In this document: positions 1 to 7,701 of the stretch, piece by piece
Position numbering within the stretch: position 1 is the first letter of the stretch
Layout of the letters: each line of letters starts with the position of its first letter
Source of the DNA: Kofleriaceae bacterium
Lineage (GTDB): Bacteria; Myxococcota_A; Polyangia; Haliangiales; Haliangiaceae
DNA: 41,331 nucleotides
NCBI GenBank assembly: GCA_046597055.1
Contig: JBKJLC010000167.1
Coordinates: 1-41,331 of the forward strand
Direction: 5' to 3'
Made by a program: the position numbers and the translations under genes
Notes under the pieces: generated by a model
What the model was told of the DNA's origin: nothing
The model's input: the letters and a program-made list of their open reading frames with translations, nothing else
Databases searched by the model: none

Positions 1-141
1 ACGTTCACTCGCGCCGAAGGGCCGCAGCAGATTGCGGCGCTCGTCGAGCGCACGGGGTTGCGCGTCCTGTACGAGGATCGCAGCTGGCCGCCCGAGGCAG
101 ATGCGTTCTACATCGCACGCCTGCAGCGTGATGCATCGTGA
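1..141 (+). CDS. 3' end of an RsmB/NOP family rRNA cytosine-C5 methyltransferase (partial at window start)
   Basis: Frame 1 reads TFTRAEGPQQIAALVERTGLRVLYEDRSWPPEADAFYIARLQRDAS* (TGA 139-141). 'DAFYIARL' resembles the RsmB/Sun C-terminal D(G/A)F(F/Y)xAxL motif, and sun is often near rpe. Confidence 0.55.
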   Translation, partial: TFTRAEGPQQIAALVERTGLRVLYEDRSWPPEADAFYIARLQRDAS

Positions 142-185
142 GGACGCCTGACGACGACCGATGACGAATGAGCTATGGTGCGCCC

Positions 186-362
186 ATGGACGAGCTCATC
201 AACAAGATGGTCGACAAGGTTGGAATCGATAAGGCCACCGCCGAGAAGGTGATGGCCTTTCTCAAGGACAATGCAGGCGACGCCGTGAAGTACCTGCAGA
301 GCTCGGGCATCGCCGACAAGCTCCCGGGTGGCCTTGGCGACAAGCTCGGCAAGCTCTTTTAG
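186..362 (+). CDS. small hypothetical protein (58 aa, helical, DUF2267-like appearance)
   Basis: MDELINKMVDKVGIDKATAEKVMAFLKDNAG...GLGDKLGKLF has GC3-biased codons and a protein-like composition. ATG at 186 is preferred over 168. Confidence 0.7.
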   Translation: MDELINKMVDKVGIDKATAEKVMAFLKDNAGDAVKYLQSSGIADKLPGGLGDKLGKLF

Positions 363-472
363 TCAGAGCGCGCGCGTCAGCTTACCGTGGCAGTCCTCGG
401 CGATCGAGACGCAGTCCCAGTGGACCTCGACGCTCTGGTCGCAGTAGGAGCGGAGTCGCAGTCGGGGTGTCG

Positions 473-634
473 TTACACGTCGCCGTTTCGTTCGCGCAGC
501 CGCGCGATCGAGACGACCACGATGGTGAGCCCTCCGAGCACACCGAACGCGGAGCGAACGCCGTGCGCGAGCGCACGTGGAACCTCGAGGAGCGCTCTGT
601 GCCCCGCACCGCGGATATCGCTGGTGTCCTTCAT
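473..634 (-). CDS. possible small membrane protein (53 aa)
   Basis: Read by hand: MKDTSDIRGAGHRALLEVPRALAHGVRSAFGVLGGLTIVVVSIARLRERNGDV*. One hydrophobic segment, same strand as rpe and downstream of it, below the ORF-track length cutoff. Confidence 0.3.
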   Translation of the reverse strand: MKDTSDIRGAGHRALLEVPRALAHGVRSAFGVLGGLTIVVVSIARLRERNGDV

Positions 635-700
635 GCTGGACATACGAGCGAGGGTAGGGCGACGGATCGACGAGCGGATTGGTTTGCCTGAATCCCAGGC

Positions 701-1366
701 CTACGAGCGAGCCGACTCGGCGCGACGACGCAGCTCCGCGATCGTCTCGGCGTAGTTCTTCGTGCCGAACACGCCCGAGCCCGACACGATGACGTTTGCG
801 CCTGCACGGACGACCGCCTCGATGTTGTCGACCTTGATGCCGCCGTCGACCTCGATCTCGACCTGGTAACCGCGCTCGTCGATCATCCGCCGTAGACGCG
901 TGATCTTCTCGAGCGCGCTCGGAATGAACGCTTGGCCCCCGAAGCCGGGGTTCACCGACATGACGAGCACCATGTGCACGTCGCGGAGGACCCACTCGAT
1001 CGACTCGAGCGGAGTGTGCGGATTCAGCACGACGCACGGCTTCTTTCCGAGATCGCGAATCTGACCGATCGTGCGGTGCAGGTGCGGACATGCTTCCGCG
1101 TGTACACCGAGCAGATCTGCGCCGGCCTTGGCATACGCGGCAACCCAGCGGTCTGCGTCTTCGATCATGAGGTGCACGTCGAGTGGCAGCGTCGTCGTGC
1201 GTCTCACGGCCTCGATGACGATCGGTCCGATCGTCATGTTCGGTACGAAGTGACCATCCATGACATCGACGTGAACGTAGTCAGCCGACCCGATCGCGGC
1301 AATCTCCTCGGCGAGCCTGCCGAAGTCGGCGCTGAGAATCGACGGAGCGATACGGATCGGCAGCAC
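701..1366 (-). CDS. rpe: ribulose-phosphate 3-epimerase
   Basis: [39 protein letters not shown] and EVDGGI motifs. Confidence 0.97.
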   Translation of the reverse strand: MLPIRIAPSILSADFGRLAEEIAAIGSADYVHVDVMDGHFVPNMTIGPIVIEAVRRTTTLPLDVHLMIEDADRWVAAYAKAGADLLGVHAEACPHLHRTIGQIRDLGKKPCVVLNPHTPLESIEWVLRDVHMVLVMSVNPGFGGQAFIPSALEKITRLRRMIDERGYQVEIEVDGGIKVDNIEAVVRAGANVIVSGSGVFGTKNYAETIAELRRRAESARS

Positions 1367-1554
1367 GCAGCGACCTTATCATCCGCGACGAGATGAAACG
1401 GCGCGAACACGGCGAAGACGGCCGCGAGCGCGAGGAGCGCGCCGCTGATCTTCAGCGCGACCTTCCAGCGCGGCGGGCGCGGCAGCTCGTCGCGCAGCGG
1501 ACGCGGACGCGGGACCATCAGCGCGGGCGGCAGCGGAGCCGGTCGAAAGCTCAT
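1234..1554 (-). CDS. possible small Pro-rich single-pass membrane protein
   Basis: Pro/Arg-rich N-terminus followed by hydrophobic [18 protein letters not shown]. It fills the gap between the regulator and rpe, but its 3' part overlaps rpe, so it is doubtful. Confidence 0.3.
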   Translation of the reverse strand: MSFRPAPLPPALMVPRPRPLRDELPRPPRWKVALKISGALLALAAVFAVFAPFHLVADDKVAACCRSVSLRRFSAPTSAGSPRRLPRSGRLTTFTSMSWMVTSYRT

Positions 1555-1567
1555 GGGGAGGTTGGCG

Positions 1568-2188
1568 CTAATAGCCGCCGAACAGATCGGTCAGACGGAC
1601 GTCGAGCGCGGTCGCGACCTTGAACAGGCTCGAGACGCTCGCGCTCGACTCGGCGCGCTCGATCTGAGAGAGCAGCGAGACCGACAGATTCGTGCGCCGC
1701 GCCATCTGCTTCAGCGTGAGACCTCGCGCTTTGCGAAGATCGCGAATCTGGCGCCCGATCGCTGCGTGCAGCTCGTCCTCGCGCCGAAGCACGAGGCCCT
1801 TCTTCTTGGCGATGCGCGCGATGACGTCGCGAAACTCAGCGGGCGTGAACGGCTTGTGGATGTACGCCGAGACCTCGTGCTGGATCGACGCGGTCGCCGT
1901 ATCCAGCGATGGGTGGCCGGTCAGGATAATGACGGCGATGTCGTCATCGACGGCGCGGATATGCTGGAGCAGATCCATGCCCGAGACCTTCGGCATCATC
2001 AGGTCGAGCACGACGAGATGAAACACCTCGTCGCGGATGCGGTCGACGACGAGCGTTGGATCCGCGAGCGTCGTGACCTCGAATCCCTCCGCACCAAGGA
2101 AGTCCTGGAGGTACTCCAGAATGTCTGGATCGTCGTCGACGACGAGCACAGACAGCTTCGCTGACGTCCGCACGACCCCTGCCACCAT
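1568..2188 (-). CDS. response regulator: receiver domain plus C-terminal XRE/Cro-type HTH
   Basis: VLVVDDD, LVVLDLMMP (phospho-Asp), IILTG and YIHKPF receiver motifs, then IRDLRKARGLTLKQMARRTNLSVSLLSQIER (HTH_3-like). Confidence 0.92.
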   Translation of the reverse strand: MVAGVVRTSAKLSVLVVDDDPDILEYLQDFLGAEGFEVTTLADPTLVVDRIRDEVFHLVVLDLMMPKVSGMDLLQHIRAVDDDIAVIILTGHPSLDTATASIQHEVSAYIHKPFTPAEFRDVIARIAKKKGLVLRREDELHAAIGRQIRDLRKARGLTLKQMARRTNLSVSLLSQIERAESSASVSSLFKVATALDVRLTDLFGGY

Positions 2189-2206
2189 GAACCCCTCATT
2201 GGTAAC

Positions 2207-2252
2207 CTAAAAAGCAGAACCGCGGAGGACCTTGTTTGGGTACTCCGCGGTC
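2207..2252 (-). terminator. rho-independent terminator downstream of tRNA-Pro
   Basis: Minus strand GACCGCGGAG-TACCCAAACAAGGTC-CTCCGCGGTT followed by CTGCTTTTT. The CCGCGGAG/CTCCGCGG stem lies at 2220-2227 and 2243-2250. Confidence 0.65.
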
Positions 2253-2256
2253 ATCG

Positions 2257-2331
<75 letters not shown>

Positions 2332-2341
2332 TGAGGTGGTT

Positions 2342-2370
2342 TGGTTACCTCGCGCAGAAACCGCTGTCAA
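2342..2370 (-). promoter_or_regulatory. sigma70-type promoter for tRNA-Pro
   Basis: Exact TTGACA (2370-2365), a 17-bp spacer, then TAACCA (2347-2342), ending 12 bp upstream of the tRNA 5' end. Confidence 0.55.
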
Positions 2371-2380
2371 TGTCCTACGC

Positions 2381-3001
2381 TCACCGCCGACGCATCGCCG
2401 GGAGGGCGATGTGAAGTCCCATCTCGATGAAACTCCCCAGCTCCTGGACGGTACCGATGCGAACAAAAGGAGTTACGCCGACGAACGCCCAGACGCCGAC
2501 GGTGCCGCCAATCCGAGGGTGGGATAGCTCGGAGAGCTCGAGGATCGGTCCGGCCGACAGGCCAACCATGCGACCTATATGGGTGCCGGCGATCGCATCG
2601 ACCCAGAGTCGGCCCCCGCCGCGCTCGGTCCACCGGCTCGCACCGAAACTGCCGCCGATCGCGCCGAGGGCCGCGCCTTCACGGACGTAAACGACGGAGA
2701 GATCGCCCCCGATCGTCGAGTCCCACTCGCCAGCGACGCGGCTCGCCGCACCGACCGGCCCGAGCCAGACGTAGAGACCGTCGAGATCGGAGCTCGGCGG
2801 AAGCTCCGGCGGCGCCAGTTGCGCCCGTCTCCCCGGCGGATCGGGGTCGACTCTCGTCGGAACGAAGTTCTCCGAGTGCGCAAGATTCGTACGGAGGGTC
2901 AGGGCACACGCGAGAATGCATGCAGCAGTTCCCACTGGGGGCATCGATCCCCAGACGAACGGCCGGCGAACCGTCGCGAGGAGGAGATCTAGTGCCCGCA
3001 T
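2381..3001 (-). CDS. hypothetical exported protein, possibly a small beta-barrel
   Basis: Signal-like AACILACALTL and a Pro-rich linker, then repeated alternating hydrophobic/Gly strands (LYVWLGPVG, IGGDLSVVYV, IGGTVGVWAFVGVTPFVRIG, FIEMGLHIAL). The start may be internal (MPPVG). Confidence 0.6.
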   Translation of the reverse strand: MRALDLLLATVRRPFVWGSMPPVGTAACILACALTLRTNLAHSENFVPTRVDPDPPGRRAQLAPPELPPSSDLDGLYVWLGPVGAASRVAGEWDSTIGGDLSVVYVREGAALGAIGGSFGASRWTERGGGRLWVDAIAGTHIGRMVGLSAGPILELSELSHPRIGGTVGVWAFVGVTPFVRIGTVQELGSFIEMGLHIALPAMRRR

Positions 3002-3106
3002 ACTGATAGAATCAGGCCGTTAACGCTGTTGTAACGGGGTGGGCTCGTTAGTTGCTTCTGGACCTGCGCCGAGCAACTGAACTTCGTTGCGCAGCTTCCC
3101 CGCGAG

Positions 3107-5329
3107 ATGTCGAACTTGGCCATTCATCAAGCCGCCATGGCGGGTCCGGAGGTCATCGTACCACCCGGTCTCGAGAAGGCGTACTCGCTGCTCCGCGGGT
3201 TGCCGCTGTTCGAAGGCATTCCGGATCAAGATCTGATCGCTGCGATGAGTCAGGGCGGCATCGCGCATCGCCAGCTCGAGCGCGACATGTTCGTCCTCGA
3301 TCCGATCGGCCTCGCACACGGCCAGCCTGCGCCGGTGATCTACGTCGCGCGCGGCCAGGTCTCCGCTGGCGTCTTCGTCGAGCAGGAGCTCTCGGATCGT
3401 CGCGCGTACCAGCTGCAGCACGAGAACGCGACGAAGGAAGAGCGCGAGCAAGAGTCGCTGATCAAACCGCCGCCGCTCGCACGCATCGCACTGAAGAACG
3501 TCGCGCTGTTCATGGAAGGCGATCTCTTCAACTCGGGTGCGCTGTCCGCGGCTCGCGGTCAGCCGATGGCGTTCTACACGACGGCGCCGTCGATCTTGAT
3601 CTCGCTCGACCATCGCTGGATCGCCGAGCTTGCGGTCCGTCATCCAACGTTCGAAGCGCGCCTTCGTCGTGCGCTCAGTGTCTCGCGCGAGCGACTCGCC
3701 TGGGTCTCCGGCGTCAAGCAGGAGCTCCTCGACTTCTTCGTTCGCCAGGGCATCAGCGTCTCCGGCGAGATGGTGCGCGTGCGCCAGCTCGGCCTCTGCA
3801 TCGACTGCAAGCTCTGCGAGGAAGCATGCGAGGAGCGTTACGGCGCACAGCGCCTGACCCTCGGTGGCTATCAGCTCGGCATGCTCGACTTCATTTACAC
3901 GTGTCGCACGTGCACCGATCAGCGGTGCATCGACCCGTGTGCGTACGATTCGATCAAGTTCGACGAAGAGAAGCGCGAGGTCGTGATCAACGAGTCGACC
4001 TGCACGGGGTGCACCGCATGCGCGCAGGCGTGCCCGTACGGTGCGATCGACATGGTCGAGATCGAGGCCGACGCGCCGCGCTTCAAGAAGGACTTCCTCG
4101 ACCGCTTAGAGAAGCAGAACGCACTGAAGTTCGGGCCGGGAACGGGCCGCGTCGCACGCACGCGCCGTATCGCCAACAAGTGTGATCACTGCATGAGCTA
4201 CGGCGATCAGGCGTGCGTCTCGGCGTGTCCGACCGGCTCCCTGATCGAGATCAACGCATACGATCTGTTCCGCGAACGCAGCCCGGCGATGGCGCAGCTC
4301 GCGCGGCAGGGCTTCGACGTCGATCTCGCAAAGCGCGACCGCCGCGAGGTGCTACCGGTGATGCCGTTCACCGAGGGGCTCGACGTCCGCTCCGGTGGTC
4401 TCGCGAAGGTCAAGCGCGGCCGCTACGCCCCCCTGTTCATGTGGGTGCTCGGCCTGCTGACGTTCCTCATCTTCACGGGCGAGGCGCTGCTGCGTCTGTA
4501 CCCACCGGCGATGAGCTATCAGTTCAGCCAGTTCAAGGCGAACCCCGAGTACGCCGACCTCCCCGAGGTGGCGATCCTCGAGCTCGTGACGTATCGCGGC
4601 GGTCCGGGATTGTCGGTGTGGGCGGCGCTGATCGGCGTTGGTCTCATGATCGTCGCGGCCGTCTATCCGATCTTCAGACGCATCAAGCTATTCCGGTGGA
4701 TGGCCTCGAACACGATGTGGTTCGACTTCCACCTGATGGCGGGCACGGTCGGGCCGATGTTCATCGCGCTGCACTCGGCGTTCAAGGGCCCGCAGTTCAC
4801 GTTCGCCTCGGTCGGCTTCTGGAGCATGGTGATCGTCGCGCTGTCCGGCTTCATCGGCCGCTACCTCTACACGCAGGTCCCCGAGCTCTCGAGCGGCCAC
4901 GAGCTCGAGGAGCTCGACCACGAGCGCACGTTCCAGCACCACCGCGGCCAGCACCCGGTCGCGATGGCCGAGATCGATCGCGAGCTGGCCGACCACCAGC
5001 GCAAGGCCGATCGGGTCGCTCACGGCTCGGGCCTGATCGCGACCCTGGCCTGGCTGCTGGTCGAGGATCTGCGCCGGCCGGTGCGCCGGCTGCGCCGTCG
5101 CTCGCGGCTGCGACGCCTCGGGGTCACCGGTCGCCCGCGTCGCGATCTGATCCGCCGCGCCGGTCGCATGATCAAGATCCAGCGCTCCGGTGTCATCGCC
5201 CCCAAGGCGGCCCTGCTGCTCCACTCGTGGAAGAAGGTCCACGTCCCGTTCACGATCCTGCTCGCGATCGTGGGCACGCTGCACATCTCGCTGTCGTGGG
5301 CCAACGTCAACTGGGATCGACTCTGGTAG
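3107..5329 (+). CDS. inner-membrane redox protein: degenerate cNMP-binding domain, 4x[4Fe-4S] ferredoxin domain (NrfC/DmsB-like) and di-heme-b transmembrane domain
   Basis: CAP-like N-terminus (LRGLPLFEGIPDQDL...IYVARGQV...GDLF). Four Cys groups: CIDCKLCEEAC, CRTCTDQRCIDPC, CTGCTACAQACP, CDHC-x7-CVSACP. About five TM helices, two of them with His-x13-His (codons at 4730/4772 and 5240/5282). Confidence 0.85.
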   Translation: MSNLAIHQAAMAGPEVIVPPGLEKAYSLLRGLPLFEGIPDQDLIAAMSQGGIAHRQLERDMFVLDPIGLAHGQPAPVIYVARGQVSAGVFVEQELSDRRAYQLQHENATKEEREQESLIKPPPLARIALKNVALFMEGDLFNSGALSAARGQPMAFYTTAPSILISLDHRWIAELAVRHPTFEARLRRALSVSRERLAWVSGVKQELLDFFVRQGISVSGEMVRVRQLGLCIDCKLCEEACEERYGAQRLTLGGYQLGMLDFIYTCRTCTDQRCIDPCAYDSIKFDEEKREVVINESTCTGCTACAQACPYGAIDMVEIEADAPRFKKDFLDRLEKQNALKFGPGTGRVARTRRIANKCDHCMSYGDQACVSACPTGSLIEINAYDLFRERSPAMAQLARQGFDVDLAKRDRREVLPVMPFTEGLDVRSGGLAKVKRGRYAPLFMWVLGLLTFLIFTGEALLRLYPPAMSYQFSQFKANPEYADLPEVAILELVTYRGGPGLSVWAALIGVGLMIVAAVYPIFRRIKLFRWMASNTMWFDFHLMAGTVGPMFIALHSAFKGPQFTFASVGFWSMVIVALSGFIGRYLYTQVPELSSGHELEELDHERTFQHHRGQHPVAMAEIDRELADHQRKADRVAHGSGLIATLAWLLVEDLRRPVRRLRRRSRLRRLGVTGRPRRDLIRRAGRMIKIQRSGVIAPKAALLLHSWKKVHVPFTILLAIVGTLHISLSWANVNWDRLW

Positions 5330-5340
5330 TGTCGACGGCG

Positions 5341-7701
5341 ATGTCCTCCCGCGTGTCGCGTGCCTTCGTGCTCGCGGTCGTGGTCGCGATCGGCCTGGGA
5401 CTGCGCGTCGGCGCGGCCCAGGCTCAGGGCGACTTCTTCACCACCTCTCCCGGGCCGCTGGCGTCGAGTCACGCCAGCCTCGACAGCGCCGATCGCTGCA
5501 ACGACTGTCACGTCGGCACGCGCGATCTGACCAACGACAAGTGCCTCGGTTGCCACGATCACAACGACCTGCGGGCGCGGATCATCCAGGGCAAGGGCTT
5601 TCACGCCTCGAGCCTGGTCAGCGGCAAGAAGTGCGAGTCGTGTCACCTCGACCACAAGGGCCGCAGCTACGACCTGATGGGCTGGCGGTCGGTCGCCGGC
5701 GGTGAGAACGGCTTCAACCACGACCTCACCGGCTGGAAGCTGCAGGGCAAGCACGCCGCGATCGCGTGCGCCGACTGCCACAAGACCCGCAACAAGCAGG
5801 GGCTGCGCACCTACCTCGGCCTCGATCGGCTGTGCGGCTCGTGCCACAAGAACGATCAGCCGCACGGGTTCGAGCGCCGGGAGATGCTCGCCTGCGAGCG
5901 CTGCCACGGCGAGAGCGTGTGGAACCCGCCGAAGTCGAACCAGGACTTCGATCACAACGACAAGAAGGACGCGACCATGGCGCTGGTCGGCTCGCACGAG
6001 GACGTGTCGTGCGCGAAGTGCCACCCCAAGGCGCTGTTCAACCTGAAGGGCAACAAGCCCGACTTCTGCGGCAACTGCCACGATAGCCCGCACGACAACC
6101 ACATGTTCGGCAAGAAGGAGTGCGAGTGGTGCCACTCGCCCTCGTACGGCGCGCTCGACAAGTTCAAGTTCAACCACGACGCGCGGACCACGTTCGACCT
6201 CGGCCGCGCCCACGGCGGCATGGGCTGCTACGACTGCCACACCAAGGCGCTCGGCGAACGCACGCCCGACAAGACCTGCGAGGCGTCGGGCTGCCATGCC
6301 CGCGACAACAAGCACGGCGATCGCTTTGCCGCGTTCGGCGGCGACCCGCCGGCGTGCCTCACCTGCCATCTGTCGTCGGTCGACGACTGGAAGAAGAGCG
6401 CGGTCGCGTTCAACCACGACAAGCGGACCAAGTTCGCGCTGACCGGCCGCCACGACGAGGTGACCTGCCGGAGCTGTCACCGCGGCAAGACCCCCGCCGA
6501 GTGGGAGCGCTTCGACCCGAAGACGGTCGGCTGCCGTGGCTGCCATCAGCACAAGAACGTCCACCCGAAGGAGAAGTTCACCGACAAGGAGTGCCTCGGC
6601 TGCCACAAGGCCGCGGGCAACGTGCAGCTCACCGCCAAGAGCGTCGACGTCTATCACGGCCCGAAGTCACGCTTCCCGCTGGTGAAGGCGCACAAGTTCG
6701 TGAAGTGCGCGCAGTGCCATCCCAAGGACAACTTCAAGGACACGCCGCTCGAGTGCGGGGTGACCTGCCACGAGGACTCGCTCCACAAGGGCACGCTCGG
6801 CGACACCTGCACGACCTGCCACAGCCCCGGCATCTGGGATGCGGTCCGGTTCGATCACACCGAGGACACCAAGTGGCCGCTCGAGGGCCTGCACGCCAAG
6901 ATCGCTGACTGCGCCGACTGTCACCCCAAGCGCGCGTACGACGGCACCCCGACCACCTGCTCGGCCGCGGGCTGCCACGCCAAGGACGACGTCCACAAGG
7001 GCCGGCTCGGCTCGACCTGCGACAAGTGCCACAAGACCACCGGCGACAACGTCTTCAATCACAACACGATGTCGAAGTTCCAGCTCGACGGGAAGCACCT
7101 CGACACCCGCTGCAGCGACTGCCATCCGTCGGTGACCTTCAAGCCGCGGCCGTCAGACTGCTTCGGCTGTCACCCCGAGCCGGCGGTGCACCTCGGTCAG
7201 TACGGCACCGCGTGCGAGAGCTGCCACACCACCACGTCGTTCACCGAAATCCTGCCGCTGCACGACGTCGGTGATTTCTCGCTGACCGGCGCGCACGACA
7301 ACCTCGCGTGCGCGCGTTGCCACAAGGATTCGCGGCCGATGGCCGGCACCGGCAACCTGTGCATCAACTGCCACCGTCAGGACGACGTCCACCAGAACGC
7401 GCTGACGCCGCGCTGCGGGGAATGCCACACCCAGTGGGGATTCACCCCGGCCCGGTTCGATCACGCGTCGGTCGGCTGCAACCTGACCGGCCTGCACCGG
7501 ACGCTGGCGTGCGCCGACTGCCACACCGCCGGCAACTACGGCGGGCTGGTCGCCGAGTGCGTCGGCTGTCACCGCGACGAATCGCAGCGCAAGGATGCGC
7601 GGCACCAAGCCTACAACTCATGTACCGGCGGCGGGGCCTGTCACAACCCCAACGCGTGGCTGCCGACCGTCGGCTCGTTCCGGGAGTCGATCTGCCGATG
7701 A
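5341..7701 (+). CDS. periplasmic multiheme cytochrome c (786 aa, 26 CxxCH plus 4 extended CxnCH motifs)
   Basis: Sec signal peptide MSSRVSRAFVLAVVVAIGLGLRVGAAQA, and heme motifs counted by hand. The real start is ATG 5341, not 4213. Confidence 0.95.
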   Translation: MSSRVSRAFVLAVVVAIGLGLRVGAAQAQGDFFTTSPGPLASSHASLDSADRCNDCHVGTRDLTNDKCLGCHDHNDLRARIIQGKGFHASSLVSGKKCESCHLDHKGRSYDLMGWRSVAGGENGFNHDLTGWKLQGKHAAIACADCHKTRNKQGLRTYLGLDRLCGSCHKNDQPHGFERREMLACERCHGESVWNPPKSNQDFDHNDKKDATMALVGSHEDVSCAKCHPKALFNLKGNKPDFCGNCHDSPHDNHMFGKKECEWCHSPSYGALDKFKFNHDARTTFDLGRAHGGMGCYDCHTKALGERTPDKTCEASGCHARDNKHGDRFAAFGGDPPACLTCHLSSVDDWKKSAVAFNHDKRTKFALTGRHDEVTCRSCHRGKTPAEWERFDPKTVGCRGCHQHKNVHPKEKFTDKECLGCHKAAGNVQLTAKSVDVYHGPKSRFPLVKAHKFVKCAQCHPKDNFKDTPLECGVTCHEDSLHKGTLGDTCTTCHSPGIWDAVRFDHTEDTKWPLEGLHAKIADCADCHPKRAYDGTPTTCSAAGCHAKDDVHKGRLGSTCDKCHKTTGDNVFNHNTMSKFQLDGKHLDTRCSDCHPSVTFKPRPSDCFGCHPEPAVHLGQYGTACESCHTTTSFTEILPLHDVGDFSLTGAHDNLACARCHKDSRPMAGTGNLCINCHRQDDVHQNALTPRCGECHTQWGFTPARFDHASVGCNLTGLHRTLACADCHTAGNYGGLVAECVGCHRDESQRKDARHQAYNSCTGGGACHNPNAWLPTVGSFRESICR

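Noticed and set aside
3003..3015. Canonical FNR box
   Set aside because: The spacer is 3 bp rather than 4 and the outer bases differ. It is kept only as an unassigned palindrome.
4213..5340. N-terminal extension of the cytochrome ORF in the track (similar extensions at 7308, 17463, 28488, 30950 and 38692)
   Set aside because: The extensions overlap bona fide upstream genes in another frame. Signal peptides and stop/start overlaps define the shorter starts.
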